27,816 bases of DNA from Verrucomicrobiota bacterium (GTDB taxonomy: Bacteria; Verrucomicrobiota; Verrucomicrobiia; Verrucomicrobiales; DEV007): contig JASFYY010000110.1 in NCBI GenBank assembly GCA_045046875.1, positions 1-27,816 on the forward strand. The letters run 5' to 3'. Positions 27,082 through 27,816 of this stretch are shown piece after piece. Below the pieces are notes generated by a model. It worked only from the letters and a program-made list of their open reading frames with translations. It did not search any database and was not told the origin of the DNA. Position numbers and translations under genes: made by a program. The stretch's first letter is position 1, and the number at the start of each line of letters is the position of its first letter.

Positions 27082-27816
27082 ATGAATATTTACCCGCGCC
27101 CCACCCTGTGGTTAAGCATCCTTTTCCTAACTGCTGTCATAGCAGGAGATGCGTCTGCACAAAATCCAAGTAAAAAGAACAGCTCGTTCCAGCTCTTACC
27201 TTTTAAAGTCAAACTGGACACGGTGCTCGAACACGATGACGGCAAGTCATTGTGGTTCCAACCTCGTGTGGCGGTCGTGCCCGGACTCGGTAAAAATGGG
27301 CAGCCTACTGTTTTTTTGACCTTGCAAAAACTGCTCGGACGCTCGGATTATTTTTCCGGCCTGAGCGTAATGCGAACCAACGATATGGGGAAATCCTGGA
27401 GCGAGCCCGATCTGCGTCCCGAACTCGAATGGGTTCACCAGGGAAAGATCGATATCGCCGTTGCAGATGTCACCCCCGACTGGCATCCGCAAACAGCAAA
27501 GGTTATCGCTATAGGCGCCCAGGTTCGTTACAGTGTTGATGGGCACCAGCTCGAAGATATCAAGCGAGCCCATCAAACCGCCTACGCCGTGCTTGATCCC
27601 AAATCCGAAAAGTGGACAAAATGGCAACAGATCAAAATGCCTGACGACGAACAGTTCAACTTCGCCCGCAGTGCCTGTGGCCAGTTCCTGGTTGAGCCAG
27701 ACGGCAGTTTATTGTTGCCCTTCTACATCGGTAAAGATGCTAAAACGCCCTGGTCCATCACGGTCGCCCGTTTTTCATTCGATGGCACACAGCTCAAGTA
27801 TATCGAACACGGCAAT
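27082..27816 (+). CDS. 3'-truncated secreted sialidase-like (BNR/Asp-box) propeller protein
   Basis: Absent from the ORF track because it has no stop in the window. Manual translation from ATG 27082 gives MNIYPRPTLWLSILFLTAVIAGDASAQ..WFQPRVA..RTNDMGKSWSEP (Asp-box)..DVTPDWH..DGSLLLPFY, open to the end. It starts 1 nt after the aldolase stop. Confidence 0.82.
   Translation, partial: MNIYPRPTLWLSILFLTAVIAGDASAQNPSKKNSSFQLLPFKVKLDTVLEHDDGKSLWFQPRVAVVPGLGKNGQPTVFLTLQKLLGRSDYFSGLSVMRTNDMGKSWSEPDLRPELEWVHQGKIDIAVADVTPDWHPQTAKVIAIGAQVRYSVDGHQLEDIKRAHQTAYAVLDPKSEKWTKWQQIKMPDDEQFNFARSACGQFLVEPDGSLLLPFYIGKDAKTPWSITVARFSFDGTQLKYIEHGN

Noticed and set aside
27247..27627. 126-aa minus-strand ORF at the right end
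   Set aside because: The plus strand carries a better-supported open frame from 27082 with a signal peptide and Asp-box.

Overview
27.8 kb of bacterial chromosome, most likely Verrucomicrobiota (PVC superphylum). That call is an inference from the PVC-type heme-binding protein, the Tat-exported Gfo/Idh/MocA and NHL proteins, and the large secreted PQQ-propeller and LamG proteins. It holds about 17 protein-coding genes, two of them cut by the window edges. Housekeeping genes are lipA, rpoA and rplQ. The rest are an AI-2E transporter, a class III aminotransferase, a PlsC-like acyltransferase, a three-gene operon (small membrane protein, Na+/solute symporter, enolase-superfamily enzyme), an HpcH aldolase, a sialidase-like protein and several exported proteins of unknown function. 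I found no rRNA, tRNA, CRISPR array, transposase, phage or defence gene. The points most worth checking are: (i) rpoA-rplQ stands alone, with a candidate promoter and a long hairpin leader; (ii) an apparently circularly permuted LamG domain is inserted in a secreted MTase-like/PQQ-propeller protein; (iii) a Tat-exported propeller keeps the PAL-lyase catalytic motifs and faces the symporter/enolase operon; (iv) several families of short non-coding repeats sit just 3' of genes, including a nested 55-bp element present twice. All family calls come from reading motifs, not from database searches.
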